DNA of 56,990 nt, taken from contig JAUCBJ010006255.1 of NCBI GenBank assembly GCA_032718475.1, forward strand, positions 1 through 56,990. Reading direction: 5' to 3'. This document shows, in pieces, positions 22,655-34,664 of this stretch (the first letter of the stretch is position 1; each line of letters begins with the position of its first letter). The translations under genes and the position numbers were made by a program. The stretch is from Nemertoderma westbladi. Taxonomy: Eukaryota > Animalia > Xenacoelomorpha. A model generated the notes under the pieces. The model made no database searches and was not told where the DNA came from. It saw nothing but the letters and a program-made list of their open reading frames with translations.

Positions 22655-23742
22655 GTTATAATAATTGGTTACTTGTGTGGTCTTTGTAATTTTACCTACT
22701 TGATTTAATTTATTAAATAATTTGAATATTTGTAAATTTGGTTTTCACGTATCATGGTTAAATAAGAGTTTGATGTTATTGCTTGATGTTATTAACTTCT
22801 GATATTTACCGGTAGATAGATTACAGCACAATCAGTATAATGCTACGGACGACGGTGGAAACTGTGTGGCATCTACATTAACAATATAGCAAACTAGTGA
22901 ACATGTGATAATGGGTATATAAGTAAATATATGGAAAATACATTATACATACAGCCCTAACTACGTGAGTGGCCAACCAAGGGTTTGTCTTTTTGCCGTA
23001 TGTGTACGTATTTCAAATAGTTCCCGTAGCCTACCGTATGTGGGACGTATTTGCCCGTATTCAGGAAGCAGTATGCAGTAGTTGGTGTACTTGTTACCGC
23101 TAAAGCCTAAAGAGGTACTGTACCACAGTAGACCTACCTCAGTGTCAGTACCTGCTACCCTGGCCTATTTCAGTATTTATATACTATAGGCCTGAACTGC
23201 TGTGTTACTGCAGTAGGCCTACTGTGGGTTGTAAAATTATCTTATTATTCTGTTATTTATATTCATTAGTATTAAATCATTGAATTAATAGGGACTCTGC
23301 TAAAACTTAAAAACACCCACCACCTTGGCCTACATAACCCTGTTTCGTGTTGCCTGAGACCCGCTGCTTCGGAGTCCCACACGTTCCTCTCCCTAACCTT
23401 CCGCCGCTGCATACAAGGTTTCCCTCAGCGGTTACGGTGTGAGGGGGGCGCTATATTTAAACTACAGTAGGCCCTATGTCTTCGGCTGTACGATGCCCTT
23501 CCTACATTGATTGTCCCAGCCACTGAAGAAATAGTGAGAAGAGCTTTGCAAGTTTGAGTTGGAATACTGACAGGTACTAATCGGGCCATACAACTCGGAT
23601 TCTGACTGACTAATTTGTTACTAACTACTAGGCCCGTATGGGTATGCCTACACGTTGCCTAGTACTGGTGAGATGATTGGACTGGTTCCCAACTACAGTA
23701 TAATAGGCAATGTATGCCAAACAAAGAATGAGGGAAGTCGAC

Positions 23743-23798
23743 GGGTGTAAACGTTGTGCCGACACTGTGCCGACAGTGTCGGCACAACGTTTACACCC
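23743..23798. mobile_element. 56-bp perfect hairpin MITE (GGG...CCC, 9-bp TSD; Merlin- or MULE-type)
   Basis: 26-bp arms gggtgtaaacgttgtgccgacactgt + 4-nt loop; gaagtcgac at 23734-23742 and 23799-23807. Confidence 0.8.
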
Positions 23799-24769
23799 GA
23801 AGTCGACGACGAAGGTGCCAATTAGCCAATGCGTTAATCAACTGAGTCAATATTTCACGCTTGGAATAATTTCTAATAACAATTTCATAGTATCCCCCCC
23901 TCCCCATCTAGATAAATTTTTCTTTTAGATAAAATAATTAAATATTATCATAATATATTAATTATTTTATTTTATTACGGTAAGCGTATAATATTATATC
24001 AATAATATTAATATCTTAATATAAAATATTTAATATTAATAATTACGGAAAAATTTCCTTACACTTACAGGTCTTGCCTGACTCACGTCACATACTTAGA
24101 CCAGATGGTCCAAGTTTAGCCATAGTCTTTCCAAGCATTTATTAAATACATGATTCCATCTTGCAATCCACATCCAATCTACATGCAAATCAAGCCTTTG
24201 ACACATGTACTGTACATAAATAACAATAATAAAAAACCTATTAAAAACAGAACGTATGTTCTATGTTCTACGAATATATTTAAAATAAATTGCTATTCAT
24301 CTTAAAAGATTTAGGATCATTTCAAAAAGTTTTATATTAAGCACAAAAAAATAAATCATTTACCAAACTTCATGCGTTTTTCATTGAACCCAAAGCTGTC
24401 CTATCTATGTGATCTACTACAGAACAGGATATAACAATTTTAGCGCGATTAAGAGTAATGATATAGTAATAATATTTCAAATATGAAAAAATACAGAACA
24501 ATTAATAAGACAGTTCAAACAATGGCAATGAGCCAGTTAGTTGCTTGTAAATGAGTCAGTTAGTTACTTGTAAATGAGTCAGTTACAGTAGTTACTTATA
24601 AAATACTTTACAAACAAACATAATTATTTCGATCACTTCCCAACTAGCTGCCTATTTTAAAATTGTTTTTTCAAATAGAAAAATTGTGGTTTGTCAACTT
24701 TTAATATAAATATGTAGTATCATTTTCTAAATTATGTCAAAATCCGACAACACCCCCCCCCCCCCCTTA

Positions 24770-27210
24770 ATGATAAGCAATTCCGCTTGAAACACAAATC
24801 CACACGAATTGCATTTTCGAGCACTAGACGTAGATCGAAGAATGATTTCCGGCCGGACCTTAAATTGACACACATTATCTGGCGGTTGTCTTCCTATTGG
24901 TGCTCGGCCGCCCCTGCGACACTTACCAGCACCAGGTTTTTTACCAGCCCCTGGACCCGAAACAGCCTTAGCAACATTAGAAATATTTCGCTTTGGAATG
25001 CAACCAGAGTCATTTGCATTTAAGGACTTTATTAGATTAGTCACCGTACCTGCATATAAGGCAGATGCTATGGCGTGGGAACATATTTAGTTTCCATTGT
25101 AACCCACGCAATCACAAATATACATAGCGCCGTGTTTAAGTTCTTTAAACTGTACATAATGAACTTTCCTCTCACTTCCTGAGCGAATAAAAACATCGCG
25201 TCCATGCCCACCGGCTACGAAACCATTCATATACAGATTGTTACCCTGCTGTATTATAGACTCAGCCAATGATCTTTCTAATCCAGAACTAACTAACGAA
25301 TCGCCAAGGTTTCTTGAAATGCTAGTAAATAAGCCACCACCACCCATTGATGTTGTCGGAACAGAGTTACCTGGTCCGGAAGCCGATCCAAATGAAGTGG
25401 AAACAGAGTTACCTGGTCCGGAAGCCGATCCAAATGAAGTGGAAACAGAGTTACCTGGTCCGGAAGCCAATCCAAAAGAAGTGGGAACAGAGTTACCTGG
25501 TCCGGAAGCCAATCCAAATGAAGTGGAAACAGAGTTACCTGGTCGGGAAGCCGATCCAAATGAAGTGGGAACAGAGTTACCTGGTCCGGAAGCCAATCCA
25601 AATGAAGTGGAAACAGAGTTACCTGGTCCGGAAGCCGATCCAAATGAAGTGGGAACAGAGTTACCTGCTCCGGAAGCCGATCCAAATGAAGTGGAAACAG
25701 AGTTACCTGGTCCGGAAGCCGATCCAAATGAAGTGGAAACAGAGTTACCTGGTCCGGAAGCCGATCCAAATGAAGTGGAAACAGAGTTACCTGGTCCGGA
25801 AGCCGATCCAAATGAAGTGGGAACAGAGTTACCTGGTCCGGAAGCCGATCCAAATGAAGTGGAAACAGAGTTACCTGGTCCGGAAGCCGATCCAAATGAA
25901 GTGGGAACAGAGTTACCTGGTCCGGAAGCCGATCCAAATGAAGTGGAAACAGAGTTACCTGGTCCGGAAGCCGATCCAAATGAAGTGGGAACAGAGTTAC
26001 CTGGTCCGGAAGCCGATCCAAATGAAGTGGAAACAGAGTTACCTGGTCTGGAAGCCAATCCAAATGAAGTGGGAACAGAGTTACCTGGTCCGGAAGCTGA
26101 TCCAAATGAAGTGGAAACAGAGTTACCTGGTTCGGAAACCGATCCAAATGAAGTGGAAACAGAGTTACCTGGTCCGGAAGCCGATCCAAATGAAGTGGGA
26201 ACAGAGTTACCTGGTCCGGAAGCCGATCCAAATGAAGTGGGAACAGAGTTACCTGGTCCGGAAGCTGATCCAAATGAAGTGGGAACATAATTACCTGGTC
26301 CAGAAGCCGATCCAAATGAAGTGGAAACAGAGTTACCTGGTCCGGAAGCCGATCCAAATGAAGTGGGAACACATGACACACCAAGTTAATATTGCAATGG
26401 TCTACAATAGTTGGGTATATAACATCGGTGAGGTAATCCAACAGACGACTATCCAAATCATCAGCGTAGCGACTGATAAAGATATTCCATTCCTCCGAGA
26501 GTGAGTCCGATAACACAAGACGGTTTATTTCTTGCTTTAGGTTGCTGATAATGGATCTGCCCGTACCACATTTACGGGATTTTTCTGCAATGTTCTCTAA
26601 AAGGTGTTCTAAACCACGAATATGAATAGCATAAGGAAATGTAGTACCCAGCGCCTTGTATATGGCCTCCTCTCCGTCCGTGCTGTAGTACATTAGATCT
26701 TTCTCGAGGGATGTACACCCTAATGGATATAATATGCGCTTATAAGAATTTTCCGACTTAGAAGGTATTAATCCCCCAGGCCCAATAATTGCTAGATTCC
26801 CTTCGAATATTGTGGATCTGTAAGTAGTGAAAAATCCACAACAGCAGTTACTAATATTAAACACAGTATCTGCTCCTAAGGGGAAGGCGTTGAAGCCAGA
26901 TACAAACGCAATAGTTTCCTCTAGCTGTTGGTCCGTATACAACTGGTAAAGAAAACCGGAATCTTGATAGACACATTCGCGTATAAATTTGTTGTTTCCC
27001 TCATGGGCTTTAAGGAGTATAATATTGGTATGTGGATCAATATCATTTATACGATATTTTAGATTTTTGACATGCGAAGCAGAAACGTTATTAGCCGTTA
27101 TTTATTGTTTATTTATTATTAGCCGAGAACAAACTAGAGTTGTGCTTCTTGTTAACTTCATTGGCAATGAGCTTTGGTTTTGCGTGGTAACTAAGCCCAG
27201 ATGCTAGCGT
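24770..27210 (-). pseudogene. MULE transposase with SWIM zinc finger, disrupted
   Basis: LGADTVFN, IIGP, YSTDGEEAIYKALGTTFPYAIHIRGLEHLLENI (MULE DDE core); downstream YICDCVGYNGN*ICSHAIA (SWIM CxC..CxH) in another frame; CNSCG near the end. Confidence 0.85.
25358..26370. repeat. 42-bp minisatellite, ~24 near-identical copies
   Basis: Unit aacagagttacctggtccggaagccgatccaaatgaagtgg(a/g); 14-aa periodicity in four ORF-track frames. Confidence 0.97.
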
Positions 27211-27989
27211 ATCTTCAATGGCATCTAATGCATTAAAACATTAAAAATAAAAACATGTGACGGGATCCGAGAGGATCCCGGTTTATCCGGTGTTGTTTAC
27301 GTACGCGTCCACGCCATGTGAATGAAAATAGTTGTTGTTCTGATATCGTTAATGGTATAAAATTGAGATAACATAGGTACAATAGCAGATAGCACTAATG
27401 ATGGCTGCACAATAAATGACCAGTAATATGGTGACGGCGGTGACGGTCTTAACTGTCACCGTACTGCCGTGACTGTACTGGGTAAACTGAATGAATGAGC
27501 AAATGACACAACTGGTAAAATATATTGCACGGGTTGGCCATATTACTCAGTCGATGCCTTCCCCCCATTGGCTAATAGCTCACTTCTCACCCTCCCATCT
27601 CTCTGGGAGTACTTCCCCCCCGCTGCTGTCTCTCTCTCCCTCCCGGAGGTGTAACCTCTGACCCCCCGTTGTGCGTATGTCCTCTGGGGTTTCCCATCCC
27701 CATCTCATTGGGGTGACACGAGGTTGATTGGCAATCAACCTCGTGTTCCCAATATTGCTTAAGGCGCACTTTCCCACTTTATGGGGGTTGGTGTGGCGGA
27801 ATTGAATACGCTCACACTCCCCCCACTAAAGTGCGCTTCAATTCCGCTGTAAACTCGATCTACTATCGGGTGTGGGGTGGAGTTATTTTCTTGGAGTCGG
27901 CTTTCCAGGCCGCTCCCTATGGGTATGATAACGCTACCCATCTGACGTCTCGTGTCGAGCCAATTGTGGACTCTCACACAATTTTAAAA

Positions 27990-28985
27990 GCTCTCCACTC
28001 TAACTCTAATCTCTCACTCTAACTCTCCTCTAACTCCACTCTAACTTCTCCGCTCGAACTCTGCTCTAACTCCGGTCTTACTCTCTCCCCACACCTGAAT
28101 CGCACTCTAACTTCTCTCTCGCCAACAGCTCCTCTCACTATCTCCTCTCTACTCTCTGCCACACCCTAAGGCCCTAATCTCTAGTGCTACCCCTGTGCTA
28201 TCATACTATCTAACTATCTAACTTACTAACTACTTACTATCTTCTAACTCTCTAGCTTACTAACTACCTACTATCTAAGATCTCTTAAGAGTCTCTTACT
28301 AACTCTACTAGCTCTAACTAGAACTCTCTAACTAAGTCTGCTCTGCTTACTACTTTCTACGTGGCGCTTGCGGTGCCCACAACCACTCTGCTTACTACTA
28401 ACTTCCGTCTACGTGCCCACAACCACTCTACTATCTGGCACCCTATGTGCCCGTCTCTACTACTCTACTACCTGGCACCCTATGTGCCCTCTCTACTACT
28501 CTACTACCTCTAACTCTACTACCTGGCACCCTATGTGCCCGTCTCTACTACTCTACTCTATCTACAGCTTACCCCCTTTACGTATCCTCGCCTGCATGTG
28601 ACGCTCCGAGTGCCGACAGAGTGGGTACGTTAATTATGTGAACTACTACTAACTCTTACTAACTCTACTAACTCTCTACTAACTCAACTAACTCTACTAC
28701 TAACTCTTACTAACTCTACTACTAACTTCTTGTGCCCGGCACCTCTTGTGCCTGGCACCCACCCTAATTAACATACCCTGCTCTTACATCAAACACGTCA
28801 TCACGCCCGTGCCCCACTTAGTTCAACGCATCCCCTGTACCGTGGCGCTTCCGGTGCCCACAACCTCTCTGCTCTACTAACTCTACTACCTCTACTTCCT
28901 CTAACTCTACTACCTCTACTCTGCTAACTACGTGGCGCTTAGGGTGCCCACAACTCCTCTGCTACTCTTACCAACTCTTCTAACT
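27990..28985. repeat. Strand-asymmetric low-complexity repeats (ctactaactct; cctggcaccctatgtgccc)
   Basis: Near absence of G on + strand over long runs; tggcaccctatgtgccc x3, gtggcgctt..ggtgcccacaac x3. Confidence 0.85.
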
Positions 28986-30480
28986 ATGTGGTTATTTTTG
29001 CGTGGGAAGGGCGTCTCGCCCTCATTCCCACTCCCCTCAGTCCAAAACATTGGACGACTAAAACTCTAAGGTGCCCCTTCTTCCAGTAGGCACTCTCCCA
29101 CTGCCCTCCTATACGTCCTCTTACTCTTCGCCACACTTTCTTCGCCAATTCCAACTGACCAGGAATTGGTTCTCCCTCTTCCACCACCCTAAAATCGGGC
29201 CTCTCCGCCGCCTTCTTAACTTCCTCGCCACTTGGCATCAAAATGCCACCTCTCAACTTGTCGTTCGGCGGTATAATGCCGCCCCTGTTCTCATCCTTAA
29301 TCTTATATACTACCTCTGCTGGCCTCCCCCTTAGTATGTGCGCTGGCATTAAAGGCCTCGACGACCCCCGTTCGTCCTTCGGTATACACGACGTTTGCCC
29401 ATGTAATGCCCCCTCGCACTCTGTCAGTCCCGCGTGCGTATGCAACACGCCTCCTACTTTCCTGACTCCTTTATTATGTCCACCCACGGGCCTCTCTGCC
29501 CCTGGTGTAATCCTCTCACATCCTCTCCCTTTCCATCTTGTCTTCTTACTCAACCTCCCCCTTGTTGGTATGCCTCTCAACCGGACCGGCATCTCTTCCG
29601 GACACTCCTCTGAACACTCCTCCGGACTATTGTCCTCCTGACACTCCATCGGACACTCCTCCGGTTTGTCCTCCGGACATCTCGCCGTCCGCTCCTCTCC
29701 ATCTCCATACCGATGCTTGCTGGAATATCCATTCTCCTCCGCCCACTCTCTAACTGTTACTTCCTCGGCTGGCTTATCTACCCTCTCCGGTTTCTCCTCT
29801 ACTTCCTCTGCATCTTCGGTGCCTGGTATCGTGCACCCATGGTAACATGTCGTTACTGATCGACCGCCCTCTCCTGATATCTTCACTGCTACTACCCCGA
29901 GTAGTACTTTTCTCTTCTTTCTTGCTACTGTCGTGCTTATAGCCATTGTTTGGCCTCCAGTCTCGGACTCTCTAACTGCTGTTTCTCTACACTCTCCGGA
30001 TCTGTGTCCTTCTACCACACATCGATGACATAGTCTGTTTGCGTCTGTATAGGCTATACGATCTTGTTTGGGCAACGCTTGCCAGTGCTTACAACTCATG
30101 GTCTTATGGGTTCCGTCCCGATGTAATTGACATTCGAATCCTGTATTATAGCATTTCCTGTATAGTCCCTCACGTATCGCGCGTAGGTTTATATCTACCG
30201 ATTTAGTGTTTTGGTTATCTGTACTCGGCCTACTGGGTATACTGGGATTGTGTTTATTTGTGGTGTTATTTTCTTTCTGTCCCTGCCACGGTGTGGCCCT
30301 ACTACCAGCTAACTGTGGACTAGCAGTCCCCTGTGTGGCCGCGTGTGGTAGTGACTGTTTTACTCTTGAGAATGGGTCTGTCGGATTATGTTCGGGTCTA
30401 GGCCTGTTGTATTCGGTCTTTGGTGCCATCCCCAAACTATTCTCACTATAGACTGGGATTTGTTGCGTCGGGTATATCAT
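28984..30480 (-). pseudogene. BEL/Pao Gag C-terminal zinc-knuckle region fused to low-complexity sequence
   Basis: 498-aa ORF; protease truncated before the catalytic D(S/T)G; upstream pieces 30593..30904 and 30917..31256 on the same strand. Confidence 0.6.
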
Positions 30481-31256
30481 TGGGGGTAACGGCCCCCTCC
30501 ATATTTCCGTGTCGCACGACCTGTTCTCGTCCAGGGGGTTCGATGTTCTTATTGCTGTTCGAGTATATTGTTGATATTGTGATGGGGGAATGTCACCCTG
30601 TCCCCCCCACCGGTATGTTTGGTACTGGGGTTGATGTTAATATATTGGGGCCCATACATCTATCTGCAATAACTCTCCCCTCCCCTGGATATATGTTATG
30701 TCCCTGTGTATTATAGTCATGCTGCCGTACCGATATAGGCCTACCCACTTCTTGCCTACCTAACGGTATGTACTCCGCGACTTCCGGGTTTAATCCCGTC
30801 GTCCGCGCTACCCTATCGTCTATTCTATCTTTCCCAGCATGGCCTATAATAGTATGTGCAGTAAGGCCTACAGTATGTCCTACAGTCTGCATGTGCCCTT
30901 CCAAACCGAAGTTTAATTATCTCGAATCTCGAATCTCCCCGCGACTATCGTACTCTCGATGGGCAGCTACATCCCGTCGGGAAGTTTCTCTTCGATCCCC
31001 TATCCTGCTCTCGTCTTCGTATCGGTACATGCTGTACCGCTCTCCTGGCGTGCGGTGCGTTTCTCCGGGGCGACGGCAATCTCCCGAAGTTCGACCCCAC
31101 TGTCTCCCTAACTCCATCTCTACTATCGACGGCTCGCTATCCGTCCTCGCTCTCCGGTTGCTCCTAGCAACGACTCTTCTATTATCTTCACTCCTTCTCT
31201 CTTCGACCTCTCGGTTAAACTCTACTAATCTTCTTCTCTCTTCTGACTGGGCTCGG

Positions 31257-32361
31257 ATTTTCTGACCAAAAAGTCGAATTTTTGAAACATATCCTATCTG
31301 ATGCAGAATTTCATGCTGAATCCAAATATGGAAACCGTTTTCCCATATCTTGCTTAGTTTTCGAGATATCTGGGATAGAAGATACTGACTCCGATATATC
31401 ACAATATCGGTAAAGGAGATGAAGTTTGGGGTTTGCATTCAATTTCTGCCATTTTCTGTGCTCAGTGGTGCTAATTGGATGTCTCCATGAGAAAGAGCAC
31501 AAAATTTTAATGAAGAAGGTATTTTTTTATGATTATTGGACCTACTGATCAGTTTATAAGACAACTTCAAGTCTCCGGAATGAAGATGGGACTCGAACAA
31601 GCGACTCTGGGGTCTTTGCGGGATTGCACAGAATAGACTCATCGGTCATCGGAGATCTTCAAAATGTATAATCTCCAGTTCTAGTGGTCGTACGGAGTTC
31701 GTTTTCTCAGAGACCAAAGTTACCATTTGGTTTGGCAAACTCTTAAAAGCTGCCTGAGCAATCATAACTTGAACAAAATTTGCAAGGCATATTTTACCCA
31801 AATTCATGTTATGTTGCTTCACAACCATTTTGTCTTAAATCAAATGGTAACTTTGTTCTCTGAGAAAAGAGATTTCGAATGAGCCTAAATCGAACTTCGT
31901 ACGACCACTAGAACTGGAGATTATACATTTTAAAGATCTCCGATGACCGATAAGTCTATTCCGTGTAATCCCGCAAAGACCGCAGAGTCGCTTATTCGAG
32001 TCCCGTCTTCATTCCGGCGACTTGAAGTTGTCTTATAAACTGACAAGTAGGTCCAATAATCATAAAAAACAACCTTCTCAATTAAAATTTTGTGATCTTT
32101 CTCGTGGAGACATCCAATTGGCACCACTGAGCAAAGAAATTGGCAGAAATTGAATGTAAACCCCAAACTTCATCGCCTTTACCGATATCGCGATATATCG
32201 GAGCCAGTATCTTATATCCCAGATATCTCGAAAACTAAGCAAGATATGGGAAAACGGTTTCCATATTTGGATTCAGCATGAAATTCTGCATCAGATAGGA
32301 TATGTTTCAAAAATTCGACTTTTTGTTCAGAAAATGCGCTACCCCCCCCCCCCCCCCCCCC
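31257..32361. mobile_element. Foldback DNA element, ~480-bp arms, right end poly-C|TTAA (Kolobok- or Harbinger-like); left tip missing
   Basis: 31257-31735 is the reverse complement of ~31840-32335; right end gcgctac(c)n ttaa has no left counterpart. Confidence 0.8.
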
Positions 32362-32513
32362 TTAAGAACATCAATTTGTTGTTCTAACCAAGCGTCACTT
32401 GTTAATATTAGCAACATTTAATTAAGATATTTCACAACATTTTGTGATTTAACTATTTATTACAGGCGACAGATCCAGAAGGGGGATGGTGTATTAACTA
32501 AAATATTAATCCC

Positions 32514-32665
32514 TACGGTGGCTGAATTGTGCCACTTAATACTTTTTTTTATTTTTTTTTGAAGCGACTTTTTGGTCGACCAAAAACTACTTTTTGGTCG
32601 ACCAAAAAGTCGCTTCAAAAAAAAAATAAAAAAAAAGTATTAAGTGGCACAATTCAGCCACCGTA
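32514..32665. mobile_element. 152-bp hairpin MITE with IS3EU-type termini
   Basis: tacggtggctgaattgtgcc / ggcacaattcagccaccgta; 6-bp TSD aatccc (32508-32513, 32666-32671). Confidence 0.8.
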
Positions 32666-34664
32666 AATCCCCACCTCCTCTGCCTGTTCCTTGTTAATTC
32701 CCAACTAATCATTTCCAAAGATACTTAACCAAGTTACATTGCAACGTTATGTATAATTATTTACATTTAAAGAATTACAGTATTACTGGCAGATAGGACG
32801 GGGTCTCTTCGAAGAATAAAAATTCAACCAATTCAGCTGCGGTTGCGGTAAACCGCGCAGTGTACCGCACAACTATGTTGGGTCGTTCACTGTCAACGGC
32901 AGTCAAATCATTTACCACTCAGACACCGATCGAATACCGCAGGGTTGTTCACACTCAGCAGTGTACCTCTGGCCCTGTGGTACCTCACCGTGTACCGTTC
33001 CGCTTGGATGTGAACAAACAGGCCTTGGAAAAAAGGCTTATGGAAAATTTTTATAAGAATCGCCAGGCAGGAAGTAAGGCAAGATGATCTCTTATAAATA
33101 TATCCCTTAACTGAGTACATGGGCATTTTGTTATACATAGTGTCATCTGCAAAGACAGATAAATCAATTATAATATAATATAGTTCTACATTACATACAA
33201 TTCTAATATAGTTATACTGTAAGTGTATCCAACCCACGTATAAACAACCACCACAATCAATCATGGTTGCGAATTACCTCTAAATGTAATTTGTAGACAT
33301 GATAACTTAGCGATTTCTGGCATTGCATTTAGAACTACTAACGCCATGATTAGAACAACTGACGTTTGCTTTAGAACTAAAGTACCTTTTCAATTAGAAC
33401 TAAAGCCCATTGGAACAAATGATGTTTGCTATTAGAACAAGTGACGTTTGCTTTAGAACTAAAGTGCATTGGAACTAAAGTTCTTTAGAACTAACGACGG
33501 GATATCGTGGGGTGGGTTTATAAGGCAGTTAGTATACAGTACAGTACGGGACTATAAGGGGGCCTACTGTAGGCCTACAGTAAAGGGGTGTGAAGAGTTG
33601 TTAACAAATTAAATAAAACAGAGATCGACAACAATGTTTTAATAATAAAAAAAATAAATAGAATATTTTATTACACAAGCTTTGGATAAACTATTTTTAC
33701 TAGAAGGCCGTTGTTAGGTCTTCTAATAAAAATAGAAGACCGTCAGTTTTGTTGTCTTATAGACGAGACGATCATCTTATGGCCAGCTTGCTGCCTTTCT
33801 AGTCTTCTTCAGTTGTTGTTAAATAATAAATTATTTCTAGAACAATATACTAGACAATAAATTATGCATTTAGTATTAAGATTTTAATTAAATAAATTCT
33901 TCTTGATTGCATTGAATATATTTAACCAAAAGTTAATAACAACTACTTCATTTATAGAGTTTAGTCAAAATGGCTTCATTGATAACAGAGTAAACTGATA
34001 GTAACCGCCCTCCTTAAATTACCAATCATAAAATTTGAAGTACACTTGTGTATCAAAGCCATGGTCGAATGATGCAACGAATTTTAAATATTTATTATTA
34101 ATTCATTATTTATAACTAATATTAATTATAATAAAAAGGTAATAAGTTAATAAATTAATTAAATAGGTATAAATTAATTAATTAAGTAATATGATTCGAA
34201 TTACTTACATTGTGATTTGCTTTTTTGCTGTTCAACTAATTCTCTGATACTTTAAATTTCACCATTTTTACGTAAGATTTTTATTTTTCTTAAATGATGA
34301 AAATTATTACCTTTTTATTATAACTAATATTAGTTATAAATAAGAAAAATAAAAATCATCAGCAGCTATCGAAAGAGGAGCCTTCGGGTCACCTCCGGCT
34401 TCGGCCGACTGTTTGCTTTGTTTGCTTACTGTTGCCTACATATAATTCGTTTGTTGTCTTAGATTTAGAGAAATGGATATTATTCTGTTTTCTTAGTATT
34501 TAGTGTCACCGATTTACAGTAAGCCACTCATCAATAAAATGTTATTAATTCTGTATTAGTATTTTGAAAAAGTTTTATAGAGTTCTTATGATAGTTTATA
34601 AAACTAGAATCATCGGCAAAAAGAGCCGTATCCATATCTGTAATATATGGTAGGTTGTTTATGT

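Larger units (their letters stand above)
18936..22756 (-). mobile_element. Penelope-like retroelement (EN+), apparently recent, with inverted pLTRs
   Basis: RT+GIY-YIG ORF; 396-bp repeat at 18960-19355 and inverted at 22361-22756; 3' extension 18936-18975 copies the ORF start; TSD gttaaataagagt (18923-18935, 22757-22769). Confidence 0.95.
27256..31256 (-). mobile_element. BEL/Pao LTR retrotransposon derivative (gag/protease remnant, probable 3' LTR ~27256-27555), 5'-truncated
   Basis: CQLHRDGTHKTMSCKHW...LCHRCVVEGHRSGEC zinc knuckles followed by VLLGVVAVKI (start of Pao protease); tgtgac terminus at 27256; purine tract on minus strand at 27557-27568; no RT/IN seen. Confidence 0.65.
17495..33506 (-). 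mobile_element. MULE/MuDR DNA transposon shell (~16 kb with nested insertions)
   Basis: IR gtcgttagttctaaagtactttagttccaa (17503-17532) / ttggaactaaagttctttagaactaacgac (33469-33498); ~21-bp subterminal repeats at both ends; gtggggtg(g) duplicated at 17487 and 33507; MULE transposase relic inside. Confidence 0.75.

Noticed and set aside
25358-26370. CRISPR-like array
   Set aside because: Units are contiguous with no unique spacers, no cas genes, and the context is eukaryotic.
25238-26504. Plus-strand 350-aa and 385-aa repeat proteins
   Set aside because: By-products of a stop-free 42-bp unit; the flanking motifs show the coding strand is minus.
32860-33087. ORF resembling a mitochondrial targeting peptide
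   Set aside because: GTG start, short, inside the MULE end region, and no splice or homology support visible.
34360-34415. Clustered ttcg hairpins as a structured ncRNA
   Set aside because: Stems are short and more likely a TE terminus; no recognisable tRNA, rRNA or ribozyme core.
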